From Callorhinchus milii (taxonomy: Eukaryota), in assembly GCF_018977255.1 (NCBI RefSeq), contig NW_024704742.1, positions 115,942,001-116,006,000 on the forward strand: 64,000 bases of DNA, in the 5' to 3' direction. Position 1 is the stretch's first letter. Each line of letters begins with the position of its first letter. This document shows, in pieces, positions 14,081 through 25,490 of this stretch. The notes beneath the pieces were generated by a model. It was not told the DNA's origin. It did no database searches and was given only the letters and a program-made list of their open reading frames with translations. The translations under genes and the position numbers were made by a program.

Positions 14081-15832
14081 TTCTCTTAGTAACTCTGAGC
14101 AGAGAAGCAGGAAGTTTTATATACCAGTTACTGTTCTCTTAGAGGAATGAACATCTCATAGCCACGTAAAAGCACATCTCCCTCCGTGCGTTTGATCAAC
14201 ATCTGTATTTCTCTTTCCCTACTCGGTGACCACCACTTAATTTGTCCCGCAGTGTGAGAGGTTACTTCTGTGTAACAGGCGCTATCTACGTGCAGATTAT
14301 TATAATCTTGAGCAACGCCGTCACTCTGTGAGGCTTAAAATGTGGGGAAAATAATGAAATGAAATGAAATTAAATAGTTTAAGAGCGACGATTCGCTTAA
14401 ACGATCTGAGGTGCTTTGAGTTAGTGAAATACTGGTGAAGATGCTTATAGAGACAGAGAGAATAGTCATTCTTATTCATTGAAAATACATTTGTTTTCAA
14501 TCTGTCTACAGATTGGAGTGACAAACGCATAAAGTCAAACACCATATGGACAGTAAGTATATCAGTGTCTCCCCAGAGAAACAGATTTAGCTCGAAACAG
14601 CACAATGTATGGTTAATATTCGTCTCTAATGTATCACCAAACAACTATAAGAAATTAGATTTTTCTTTCATTTGAACGTATTACATGTGCAGAAAAAATG
14701 CTACTGGTCAGATCTGATTCTGGTTATTTTAGTGATATTTCAATCTTTTTATTTCCAGTGTCTTACTTTTTTTACCTGGAGCATTTAGAGGAAAGTCACA
14801 TTACCACGTCAGTCTGATTTCTGGGCAGTGGGAAGTATTATATTTTAATTTCAAACAGAAAGTAAATTTCATGAATATCGATGATTATTGGGGTAATGCG
14901 ACAACGATCCAGAATAGTGTGTAACACGTTACACAAAGCCAAATCGGCTCAGATAGAATCGATTATATAATCTCAACATAATACCCGCAAATGATATATT
15001 TACCCACCGCACAATTTTCTAACATACTCTTTCTGGCTTCAAAATGCCAGCAAATACACGATCGTCTCCAATCCCAATTTAACTTGCTCTTCCACGTGCA
15101 GGAAATGTGCAATTTATACAAAATTATCTAAAATAACTTCGCTTAAATTACAGGCATTTTCACATTAGTGCAAATTCAATCTGTAGATACTGATTACATC
15201 TGTGAAATGCTGACTCAGGCAGATAGTTCACGATTGTAATCTGGAATTGGGAGTTATTTTAAAATAAAACATACTGGAGCATAAAAGACCAAGGATCGTG
15301 GCAGCAGAAATATGGGTATCTATAGATTCCCATTAATAAACTAAGAAGCGATAACTCCCGAAAGATGCGTCTATTTATAATAATAATAATATAATAATAA
15401 TAATTCTGGGTAAATGCATGAAATATCACAATACAATATTTATCGGATTTAACTGCAATAACATTATAACAAACAAAGTAGCTTTTTCTGGCTTCTCCCC
15501 CACACATCTTAACACAAGTTGTGTGTTTGATGTAAACATCGATTAGGAGATAACTGGCTGTGGTTATACTGGTAACTGAGGTCCAAAACGCAATATTTTT
15601 AAAACGGAACTCACAATTGACGATTCCAGTCTGGTTTGCTTATGTCCCCACAACCAACCTTGTAAACTTACTCACTTAGACACACGATGTCTGTACACAG
15701 TACTTGCACAGTTACATATGTTGTACTGTCTCAATTCTATGGATTCACTCACTTAAGTACACTGTAACTCTAAAAGGCAAACATCTTCACATTGCCACCC
15801 AAGCGTATTTAGATGGCTTATACAAATTAATA

Positions 15833-16152
15833 TAATAATAATAATAATCCTTGCATTTGATATAGCGCTTTTCACGTCTTCTAGACGTCCCAAAGTGCTT
15901 CACAGAATATACTGTAAAGTGAAATGACTGTATATTTGTGGGCGAACGCGGCAGCGAATTGCGCACAGCAGTGTCCCACAAACAGTCATAGATTGAAAAT
16001 GACCAATTTATTATTGTTTTGTTTCGGAGGGATTATTATTAGGCATGTAGAGTAAGGAAATTTGCCCAAGGTTTCGCCCTGACCTGCCTGGAAATGAACT
16101 CAGGTCTCTCACTTGCAAAGTGAGTGCTCTATCCACTGAGCTACAGGACTCC
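15833..16152 (-). mobile_element. Young full-length tRNA-derived Deu-SINE (EshSINE1/SINE2-1_CM-like)
   Basis: Head ggagtcctgtagctcagtgg (A box) and gagttcatttcc (B box), Deu core, L2-like tail, (ATT)n; nearly identical to copies at 22984, 44887, 61787. Confidence 0.93.
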
Positions 16153-16305
16153 AAATTAACACACCAGCTTACTTTACACAGACACTTAGTCGCAATAGTA
16201 CATTGTCATTCATATAGAATCACATGAAACGCTTAATACAAAATCACCACTTGACATGCTGACACAGTGACACCAATAATGATTTAGATAGACACACACA
16301 TTTGC

Positions 16306-16400
16306 GATAACATATTGTCATTCATATAAATTACTAATGGTCTGCATACAAAAGAGAAAAAATATATAAATCTGAACTTCATGTGTGCACTCAAGTATCC
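16306..16400 (+). repeat. Left arm of 95-bp inverted duplication
   Basis: Reverse complement of 17056-17150 with 4 mismatches. Confidence 0.95.
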
Positions 16401-17055
16401 TTTGCTATTTTGTTTTCCAATGGTCTCCATCCAATGCACTTGATGTGTGTCAACATGAGCAGTAATGCCCAAGTACTATTCATGGTGTATTACATTACTT
16501 GAGACCTCAGCAATGTTAGTTATTACCTACGTCTGTTTTTTTCTTTAAAAATTGATACTGACAAAAGCAAACAAAAAAATCCTATCAGTACTCAAATATG
16601 TTTTTATTATTTGATAAGTCCTTTTAAACGTTTTGCCCTTTAACCAGCCATAGCTTTGACCACAGTAGTCAAGAAGATCATGTGAGTTCATGCCCACCAT
16701 GGATGCAAGAAGCCTATTAATTGAAACATTGTACCTAAACCATATTGAAATGCTCAGCCATGTGCATCCCCCTTCTATCACAAGGGAGGTTTGAATGAAG
16801 AAAAATTGAAGAGCTTGTTATAGCTAGGATGGATGAATGCAGAGTAATAACTACGGTACTACCATAAGAAACCAGCCATAGTTTCTACTATTGTAATAAA
16901 TCTATTTCTAGCATTGGAGTTGAAGGGCAAAATTGAATGTTATAATTTCTTGCCAATGGTATTTTCTATTGTTTTGACAAGTTGAGGAATACCACTGACA
17001 AGAATTAAAATATTCAACTTGCAAGAACCAAGATCTAACTGAAGATCTAACTCCA

Positions 17056-17150
17056 GGATACTGGAGTGCACACATAAAGTTCAGATTTATATATTTTTTC
17101 TCTTTTGTATGCAAACCATTAGTAATTTATATGAATGACAATATATTATC
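17056..17150 (-). repeat. Right arm of 95-bp inverted duplication
   Basis: Reverse complement of 16306-16400. Confidence 0.95.
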
Positions 17151-18010
17151 ACTAATTTCTCTACTTCAGGAATAACAACAATTTACATTTATACAGTGTC
17201 TTTCACAAAGGACATCTCAAAGTGCTCACACTGGGAGCCTGAACTGGGGGAAGGGAAGAAGGTGGACAAAAATGCAGTACATTGACTAAATCTGAAACTC
17301 TTTGTCTTGTAATAAATGCAAATTGCATAAATTCATGTTAAGTTCACAGTAGATCAATTTACATTTACAAATGAAAACATTATTAGGGAATTGGAGCAGT
17401 ATCCAAATCATGCCCTTGTGTTAATGCTATAGTTATCAAGCATCAGCCAAGAGCATTTATCATAGGTGTTTTAAAGATGTGTGATCAGTCTTTGATCACA
17501 CACAGTCAGCCCAGACTGCCAGAATCATGTCCAATCTATTGCAGACAAGTCACAGATCTAAGATATTGCTTAGAAAATAAAACACAGTGGATCTTTAGTA
17601 GAGCAGACAACATTACTTTGTGTACACCTCTAAAACAAAACAGGAATTTCTGACAAGAGCCATGTATTAGAACACAGTATAGTTTGTGAAAAAGAAACTC
17701 CTGCTTGCATTTAATGGAAGTTTAGAAATCAACTTATATTACATTTTAATTTCCACTTTTGGGAAGTCGTTGATGTGTGGAAGTAATTTGTTTGAAAAAT
17801 CACAGGGGTGAGGGCAAAACTAGAATATTCATGGCTGGGTTCCCAAAGGATTCGTGGATATTGAGACGTGTTGGTAACCCAGAACTGCATTTTGCCAATT
17901 CACAGAAACTACTGTAATGCACCTGGAAGGAGAGCAGAATTCTCATAGACTGGCATGACAAGGTTCTGGTGACTGACAACATTCAAAATACTGTAAATCC
18001 TTTGCAATCA

Positions 18011-19034
18011 AGTGTCAGTCAGGTCAGTGTGTATTTTTGGAGGAAGGAGAGGAAGCAGACTGTGTGCAGGGTGCTATACAAATTGAAGGTTTTTTTATCT
18101 ACATAGTGAGTATGAAAACCATACTATACACGTGGTGTATGCATGTGTGTCTTGAGTACATGTCTGAGCATACACGGGTGTGAATGGATGTGTTGTGAGT
18201 ACATTTGTTTTGTGTATATAAGGTTTTTTTTATATATCAAATGCTGTACATTACATTTGTGTGCAGTTCTACTTTACAGGTGTATGAATGAATGTGAAAT
18301 GTTTTGTTAAGACAAACATTAGATAAACCAATCATTTTCTGAGAACCAGAAACAAATGTTGAGAAGATTTAACAGGTACAATGATAAATGGTTTGGTCTC
18401 TCAAACCAGAATGCCCTGAAAAACTTTGCTTTAAGTCACTGCCGTTTTACTCACATTACAATGGGCTGCTTTGTTTATCTGGTTTTGCTGTAATATTTAA
18501 TGCACCAATTGACTTGAAGAAAGGACAAATTACATTGTTAAGTATAAGGGATTAATGAATAAAGACCACCAATCTATTCTGATTCCAATGGACTGTAAGA
18601 TAATAATGATATAGCCTGTACAAAAGGATAACAAGACCATTCTTTACAGCTCACTGCACTAAACCCTATATGCAGTCTTATAGCAAACATGCCATGGAGA
18701 GATTATTAGAGTGTTCCATATGGCTTTTGTATCATACTATAAAAAGCAGTTCTTCTACAGATTGTGGTGCATCAGTTTGTCAACAGACAAATTTACATTT
18801 TACATGGTGGTAACTAATCAGCATTGTTGGGACTTGAGCTCTTCACCCAATTGTGTTTATGCAATCAACGCAGCTGCTAACTTGTTACAGAGGAGAACTT
18901 AATCTCATAAGTAGCTCAGTGCCCTGAACTGAACAACTCACACTAGAGCAGATTGGGCTAACTGCATTGCCCATTTCTTTCTTGCTTGGTAGTGTCAGTC
19001 AGTTAGTATTTTTGGAGGAAGGAGAGGAAGCAGA
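18011..19034 (+). repeat. Pair of ~45-bp direct repeats (18011-18059 and 18991-19034)
   Basis: agtgtcagtcag plus an identical 29-mer gtatttttggaggaaggagaggaagcaga in both. Confidence 0.85.
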
Positions 19035-19239
19035 TTCTTAAAATTGTCTCAAAACAAATGATCTTTCACAGTACAAATCCATGTAAGGCTGCCTCTGCTC
19101 TGACTGAGCAATGCACTGTTTTCAAACCTCAGGAAAGGATTGTGTATGGTCACTGTGAACAAAGCTGATTCTGTTCAAATCAATTTACTTATACCCTTAC
19201 AGCCAGTAAAGCGGACACTTCTAGCCATCGATTTGCTTT

Positions 19240-19440
19240 AGAATCACATAATCATAGAAATTTATAGCAAAGAAGGAGGCCATTTCGCCCATCAAGTTTA
19301 CACTGTCTCGCAGAGCAAGATGTTCATTCAATCCCACTGCCCTGCCTTATACCCAGACACTATCAAGCATCTGTCCTTCATATACCTTACATGGCGTGGA
19401 ATTCCACATCTCAAAAGTCTCTAAGTGAGAAAAAAACACT
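19240..19440 (-). mobile_element. CR1 LINE 3' end
   Basis: atcatagaa tail, gaaggaggccatttcgcccatc, gaattccacat. Confidence 0.75.
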
Positions 19441-20045
19441 CTCTGTGAGGGCTTGGTATAAGACTTGTTTCCAAGGAGTAAAAAAATAAAGTCCTGATCC
19501 TTCTTTGTGCATTTTAAGTTTTTTAAAATGTTTTCAGTATTGTGAATTCTGCGGTCTACTTTGAATTTGCTTTGAAAAAATAACACCACATAATAACCAG
19601 AATCACCCACTGGATGTACAGAAATAGTTAGGAATTAAAGTAATTGTACTGTAATGGAGAGGTAGATTTGTGTCTGTAATTCCTTGCAGCTTATAATCAA
19701 AGCCAAACCAGCAAGAGAAGCACAGAGCGGAAGCCATGTGTTTAAAGCTGGAAGGCATATCTGGCTACTCTCACACACTTCCCAGCAGCTGGTTACAGAT
19801 TAGCACTGGTAGATGCCTGGGACCAAGTCAGCCTTCCCTGCAATTGGCCTATGTATAGCTTCTGGTGGTAATGTGGAATCTAATAATATAATAATAATAA
19901 TCCTTGCTTTTGATATCGCGCTTTTCACGTCTTTTAGAATTAACTGGGAAGGAGAATAATTTTTACAACTAAGTCTCATCCTGTCTTTATTTGGCATCTA
20001 CAGCAAATGTAGTTTCCAGCAGAGTCAGACTCAAAATGTTAAAAG

Positions 20046-20455
20046 GTGTCAACCTGGTTCAGTTGGTAACACTCTCGCCTGAGTCAGAAGGTAGTAGGTT
20101 CAAGCCCTTAGGACTTTGAACTCACATAATCTATCTTGAGGGTTCAGTGCAGTGCTACCTTGTTGGAAGTGCCATCCTACGAATGAGGTCCCGTCTGCCT
20201 GTTCAGGGGGCCGTTAAAGATCTCCTAGCATTATTTGAAAAAAGAAAAGCGTTACCCCAGATGCCCTGGGCAACAATCCCTCAAATAAAATTGGTCACAA
20301 ACATGCTTGTTTGTGGCGCATTGTTGTGCACAAATAGGCTGCTGTATTCGTCTACAAATACACATTCACTATACTTCACAGTAAAATCCTTTGTAGCTCC
20401 TTGAGATGTCCCGATGATGGGATAAAGTATTATATTAAATACAAAGATTGTTGTT
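20046..20455 (+). mobile_element. Old full-length Deu-SINE (SacSINE1-like)
   Basis: Head ggttcagttggtaacactctcgcctgagtcagaagg...ggttcaagccc, gtctgcctgttcagg, Deu core and tail. Confidence 0.85.
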
Positions 20456-20764
20456 ATATCTTATCAATAGAAGCATAGTGATCAAAACAGGAAAGTAACT
20501 AGGTAAAACTGTTCAGCCTACCACTGCACAGTCATGCTAAGCTTCCTGCTGCTTGTCCAGTTTACCTGTTAAAGCTTTTGCTAACAGAATTATTCAAAGC
20601 TGAGTGGGTAGAATCACAAACCCTAATGACTGGTCTATTCCACCAAGCCCCACCAATGACCAAGGTTGGCTGGTTCATCCACAACAGTACACCAGATAAC
20701 TATGATTTTCCATCTTCCTGTGCTCAGGTAATGAACTACTGAAATGTCACAGAAAATTAACTGA

Positions 20765-20831
20765 ATTCCAATCTTGCAGAGCAGACTTCAGTTGTAGTAG
20801 AGTGAATAAGTCTGCTTTGCAAAATTGGAAT
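20765..20831. other. 24-bp stem / 19-nt loop hairpin inside an imperfect ~160-bp palindrome
   Basis: attccaatcttgcagagcagactt pairs with aagtctgctttgcaaaattggaat (one mismatch, one G-U). Confidence 0.8.
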
Positions 20832-20916
20832 CAACAGCTTTTGATTACATTTAATGTTTTCCTGGGAAGATGTTCACTCCTCTGAGATAATGAACAAACT
20901 GGTCCTTGAGCACAGA

Positions 20917-21281
20917 TGTAAGAACAATGGACCACAGAAAGAAAAGGCTACAGCCTCAGACACCTGCCAATCTCAAGGCTGAGAAACAGGCAGGCTGTGG
21001 AAGGCTGCCCAGAAGTTGTCTGTATCTCTCTCTCCTCAAAGCAGCTTGCGAAGATGGGGGCTATCTCTGTGACAAGGGGAGGTGGAGTTAGAAACACATA
21101 AAAGAAAGATTTGAAATAGTTGGAGTTGCGTAGAGGGTCAGCACACTTTCCAGTGGAACCTATATCGATTCTACTCTATGTATGGTCTCAGTTTTAAGAA
21201 TGAGTTAAGATATTTGTATTACTTAATAAACCTTGGATTATTACACCACCGGATTGGTCGTCTCCATCCAAATCTCTTACA
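20917..21281 (+). mobile_element. LTR (365 bp) of an ERV/LTR retroelement
   Basis: TGTAAGA...TCTTACA terminal inverted repeat, TATA-like cataaaa at 21097, AATAAA at 21225-21230, PBS immediately after. Confidence 0.85.
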
Positions 21282-21284
21282 TAT

Positions 21285-21302
21285 TGGCGAGCCAGCCAGG
21301 AG
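21285..21302 (+). mobile_element. Primer-binding site complementary to tRNA-Arg(ACG) 3' end
   Basis: TGGCGAGCCAGCCAGGAG, 3 nt after the LTR's terminal CA. Confidence 0.9.
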
Positions 21303-21903
21303 GAGACTGTGTAATTGATCTAACTGAGTAAGTGATATAGATAGGTTTCGAAAAGCTAGGTTTGTGAACTAGTCGATCGAGACAAAGGAACTGTATTGCA
21401 AGAATCAGGGCTGAGAGTTGAGACCCTCCTTTAGAATAAAATGACCATGGAAGCTACAAAGGTTGTGAGAAAAAGTTGTCCGGGATTGCGGGCAAGGAAG
21501 GATTACTTCCGCTGATGACCAAAGCGTGTCCAGTCTTTAAAGAGTTCCTACGGATACTGACAATGGCTCGTTACACCCAATGGAGGTTGCCTTCTATGCA
21601 GCAACTTCTTCTGGGATAACTTATACTTTCACTCCAACCCTCCCATCCACAAAACCAGTCTTCGCATTCAATTTCAGCTCGACCATCTAGGGGGGAGATG
21701 AGTGGACAAGTACAACCCAGCCAATCGTCTACTTCACACGGTGACCAATACCTGCACGGAGGACAGAGACTATGTTGGTAACCGCGTGTGTTTTGTATGC
21801 GTCAGATGTGGTAGAGCGCGAGGTGATGGAGTCGATAGGTAGAATAACCACCGTGACAGTTCAAGAAGGAAAAGCGATAGTATTAAGAATATCATTATTC
21901 TGA
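21303..21903 (+). mobile_element. Truncated, disrupted ERV internal region
   Basis: Splice-donor-like gagtaagt after the PBS, CpG-richer sequence with short broken ORFs, no second LTR. Confidence 0.65.
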
Positions 21904-22609
21904 CTTATTTTATGTAGCATTTACTTTGTCTGTTCCAGTATTTCAGTTATGCTCAAAGTCTATGGGCAAGGATAGAGGGAGAACCCACTGAAATAATATT
22001 CAAAATTTCTGTGGCCAAACTGTTTATGTTAATCATGATATTATTGATAATGATGTGCTGTAATTACACATGCTAAAATTAGTTGAAGGAATTGATGTGG
22101 TGGCTGAGGTAAAAGGGAATCATGAAGATTCTGATGGTGATAGTGGGCCTGTGCTGTCAGCTTGACCCACGCAAGGTGAGAACTGGACATTTCGCAATCC
22201 CAGAATTCTGTTTTGTCTTAAGTTGACCAAAGAAAATCGCAAAGACTCATTAACTTGTTTTGCTGAAATGGTAACATTAGTACATTTAAACTGTCAGGAA
22301 AAAAGGGGTGTACCGACCTTGAAGGATACGTTTTTAACCCCACAAACCTTGGAGTATTAGACCATCGGATTGGCCATCTTCATCTGAATCTTTTACATGT
22401 GTGTCTATGTGAATGCAATGAAGAGTGCTGGAGAGAAAAGATCACAGTTCCCTCAACAAATGAACAACTAAAACAGAACTCAATTCATCACTTTTCAAGG
22501 ATGCTTGTGGAAGAACTCAATGATTTCATCATAGCTACCATTTCGTACAGCATGGGATTGTCTAAACCATTATTTAAAATATGTCACCTGGACATATTGT
22601 GTATTATCT

Positions 22610-22755
22610 CTCCCTATAAGGACTTAAGGTTAGACCTTACAAACTTTTATGGGAGCAAAAAGGTGGAAAAGTTGGATTAAAAGATCTGCTATGATTTAAC
22701 AAGGTGGTGAAACAGGTTCACTGATTGAACTGACCTCCTGCTATTTATGTCTTCT
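22610..22755 (+). mobile_element. Decayed CR1 3' end
   Basis: gatctgctatgattt...ggtggtgaaacagg...gacctcctgctatttatgtctt resembles 6940-7020. Confidence 0.55.
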
Positions 22756-22983
22756 TTTTACTCCATTCTGTCTTCAGGTGTCACATTGGTATGATTTGAG
22801 TGTTCTAAATGATTGAATGTGTTTATTATTGTGCAAACAAATTATAGATATAATATACTATATTCACTTCAGGTAGCCTGTCAAGTGGTACTTATTCCAA
22901 GTTCTTCACAACTTATTTTAATAATTATAAATGCTGTTTTCCAGGGAAGCATCTTTTTATATTACAGGAACATAACAACGACT

Positions 22984-23306
22984 TAATAAAAATAATAATA
23001 ATAATCCTTGCATTTGATATAGCGCTTTTCACGTCGGGAGTTCGTCCCAAAGCGCTTCACAGAATATACTGTAAAGTGAATTGACTGTATATTTGTGGGT
23101 GAACGCGGCAGCCAATTGCGCACAGCAATGTCCCACAAACAGTCGTAGATTGAAAATGACCAATTTATTATTGTTTTGGGTTTTGGAGGGATTATTATTA
23201 GGCGTGTGGAGTAAGGAAACTTGCCCAAGGTTTCGCCCTGCCTGGAATTGAACCCAGGTGTCTTGCTTGCAAAGTGAGTGCTCTAATCACTGAGCTACAG
23301 GACTCC
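22984..23306 (-). mobile_element. Young full-length tRNA-derived Deu-SINE
   Basis: Same family as 15833-16152. Confidence 0.95.
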
Positions 23307-24374
23307 ACTACTTGTCCTTCATGAAGAATAATGTCTCAGAAACCTTCTCAGGATCAGGCACCCAGCAAGGGAGAAGGAAGAGGGGAAGGGGAAACAACCT
23401 TAGGCATGGTAGAAGAGGAAGGGTTATATGATGGATTTAAAGATAATAGAAGGTGAAGAATAGAATTATGAGATGGAGGGATGGAGGAACGATTAGGGCA
23501 TAATAGTTCTGACTTGAATTTCAATGGATCAATATCATTTTGCAAAATTGTTTGTTGGTAATACCTTCTATTATTTTTCCATGTTAATTATTTATTTACC
23601 ACTTTTAAAATCTGTGCATATAAAGTTACAGTATTCTTTTAATATTCAGAATTAAAGTTCATTTTTAATTAGAAAAGGAAGTAGTGAGATTGTCTACAAA
23701 TTGTCATCCTTATTTCAAGGAGACTGAAGAGCAATTTTCTGTGTTTTATTGTTAGCCTAAGTTAGCTTGGATTAGACTGAACTTGATGGTTGTGCCTGTA
23801 TAAACAGTGAATGCTGCAGAATAGGCTCAGAAGGAGCAAAGTCGGGTGTAGCTGAATTTGTTAGCGAGCAAAAAAGAAGACATTGAGAACATTCAATAAA
23901 GATAAGTCAGATATAATTGATAATTCGGAACAGCATAAACAGAGGGAGAAAATAATTATAAAGAGCACCGATTGCTTCTGCCAGCAAAAGAAACATCAAC
24001 AGGAAAGCAAAATTTCCAAAGGCCTAAAAATCATAGGCAAGGAATCCTCACACGGCACTAATGCTGTACTTGCATGTGATATATAGTTCAACAAGTAATA
24101 GTTAACTGCATTTGAACTTCTAAATCTAACCTTCTGCACTCCAGCAGAATGGCATGGAAAAAAATTCCGCAGGGAGGAGGACCAAGACTCCGTGAAAAGT
24201 CTCTGATATTTTGTATAAACTTTCTAGTAAAAGAAGTCTTGTAAATTTGACAATAATTGCTGTGAAGAGCTTTGTGAAAGGTTGGACTGATAAAGCGCTA
24301 TAAAATGGAAGTTTTTTTCACAGTATAAGGAACCCTGAGCCCAATTGCAAAAAGCACTTTTACTCCAAGCATAC

Positions 24375-24505
24375 TACTAATAGTAATAATAATAGTATTA
24401 ATAATAGTAATAATAATAGTAATAATCCTTGCATTTGATATAGGGCTTTATCACATCATCGGGACGTCTCAAAGTGCTTCACAGAATATGCTGTAAAGTG
24501 AATAC
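24375..24505 (-). mobile_element. Deu-SINE 3' fragment with expanded (AAT/AGT)n tail
   Basis: ccttgcatttgatatag...ggacgtctcaaagtgcttcacagaata. Confidence 0.8.
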
Positions 24506-24639
24506 AAATATGAAATATTTAAATGAACGTAATAAAAATCTGAAATATTTAAATGGAATATAAATATAAGCACCAGCCACGCTAACAAAATATGTCTTTG
24601 CCTGGAGTCTCAGATTTCACATAAGCTGCTGGTGACCAG

Positions 24640-25040
24640 AGACGGTTCTACCGCGTTGTGTTGATTCAAGGCGGGGATCACTTGTTCCTTCACAAACACA
24701 ACAACAGCAACAGGCCCTCAGTCACTGCGTGTTACAGTATTATTTTCCAATCAGGTGACGTAGCCTAAAGCAGGACCTGTGTTTTTGTAAGTTCGCAAAA
24801 AAAATTGAAAAAAATCTTCCATCCCCTGAGGCAGAGAGACAATTACTGCAGCTTTGATAAATTTAAGCAAACTTTGAAAAGCCACCGCAGAGGCAGGATT
24901 GTTAATTAATAACAGACTGACATGTATAATAACACATTGCTGCTCGCCCCCGCACCCCAACACATTGTCATTTTCAACACTGATTCACAGGGGGACCTGG
25001 CAGGCTCTTTTTGAAGCCCCTTGTTTGATTTATTGATGCT
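24640..25040. promoter_or_regulatory. Candidate conserved non-coding/enhancer element
   Basis: CCAAT 24747, TGACGT 24756, CTTTGAT 24852, TTAATTAA 24902, TGATTTAT 25026 in unique CpG-retaining DNA; motif-based only. Confidence 0.3.
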
Positions 25041-25274
25041 TCAGTTTTCCAAAAGGGGAACAAAAATCTAATCAGGCCTACTTTGTACAAAAATGGCACA
25101 AGTCACAGTTTCTGAGAGGGGTCCCTTTCCACCTCAGGAGACGCACAAAGACGTTTAAAGTGATTGTCTTAACGGGAAATGCAACTGAGTCAGAAGTAGG
25201 AAACAAGCGAGCATCTAAACTGTACTGATCCAGACATTATATAATAACCAGTCCAGCCACTGTGTTGGCTTTAA

Positions 25275-25490
25275 CAGCAACAACAAATTACACTTGTATA
25301 CCGCCCTTCACATCGGAAAGACGTCCCAGAGCGTTGGACATTCACGGACAGCGATTGACCTGATCACTAATAATAATATTTCACCCACAAAATACACAGT
25401 CAATTCACTTGACAATATATTCTGCAAAGCGCTTTGAGACATCTCAACCACGTGATAACACGCTTTATCATATGCAAGGATTATTTCTGT
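25275..25490. mobile_element. L2 tail (minus) abutting Deu-SINE 3' fragment (plus)
   Basis: caacaacaaattacacttgtata...gacgtcccagagcg, then cacccacaaaatacacagtcaattcac...atgcaaggattatt. Confidence 0.7.

Noticed and set aside
25335..25352. cacggacagcg, half of an RE1/NRSE site
   Set aside because: Left half-site missing and it lies at a repeat junction
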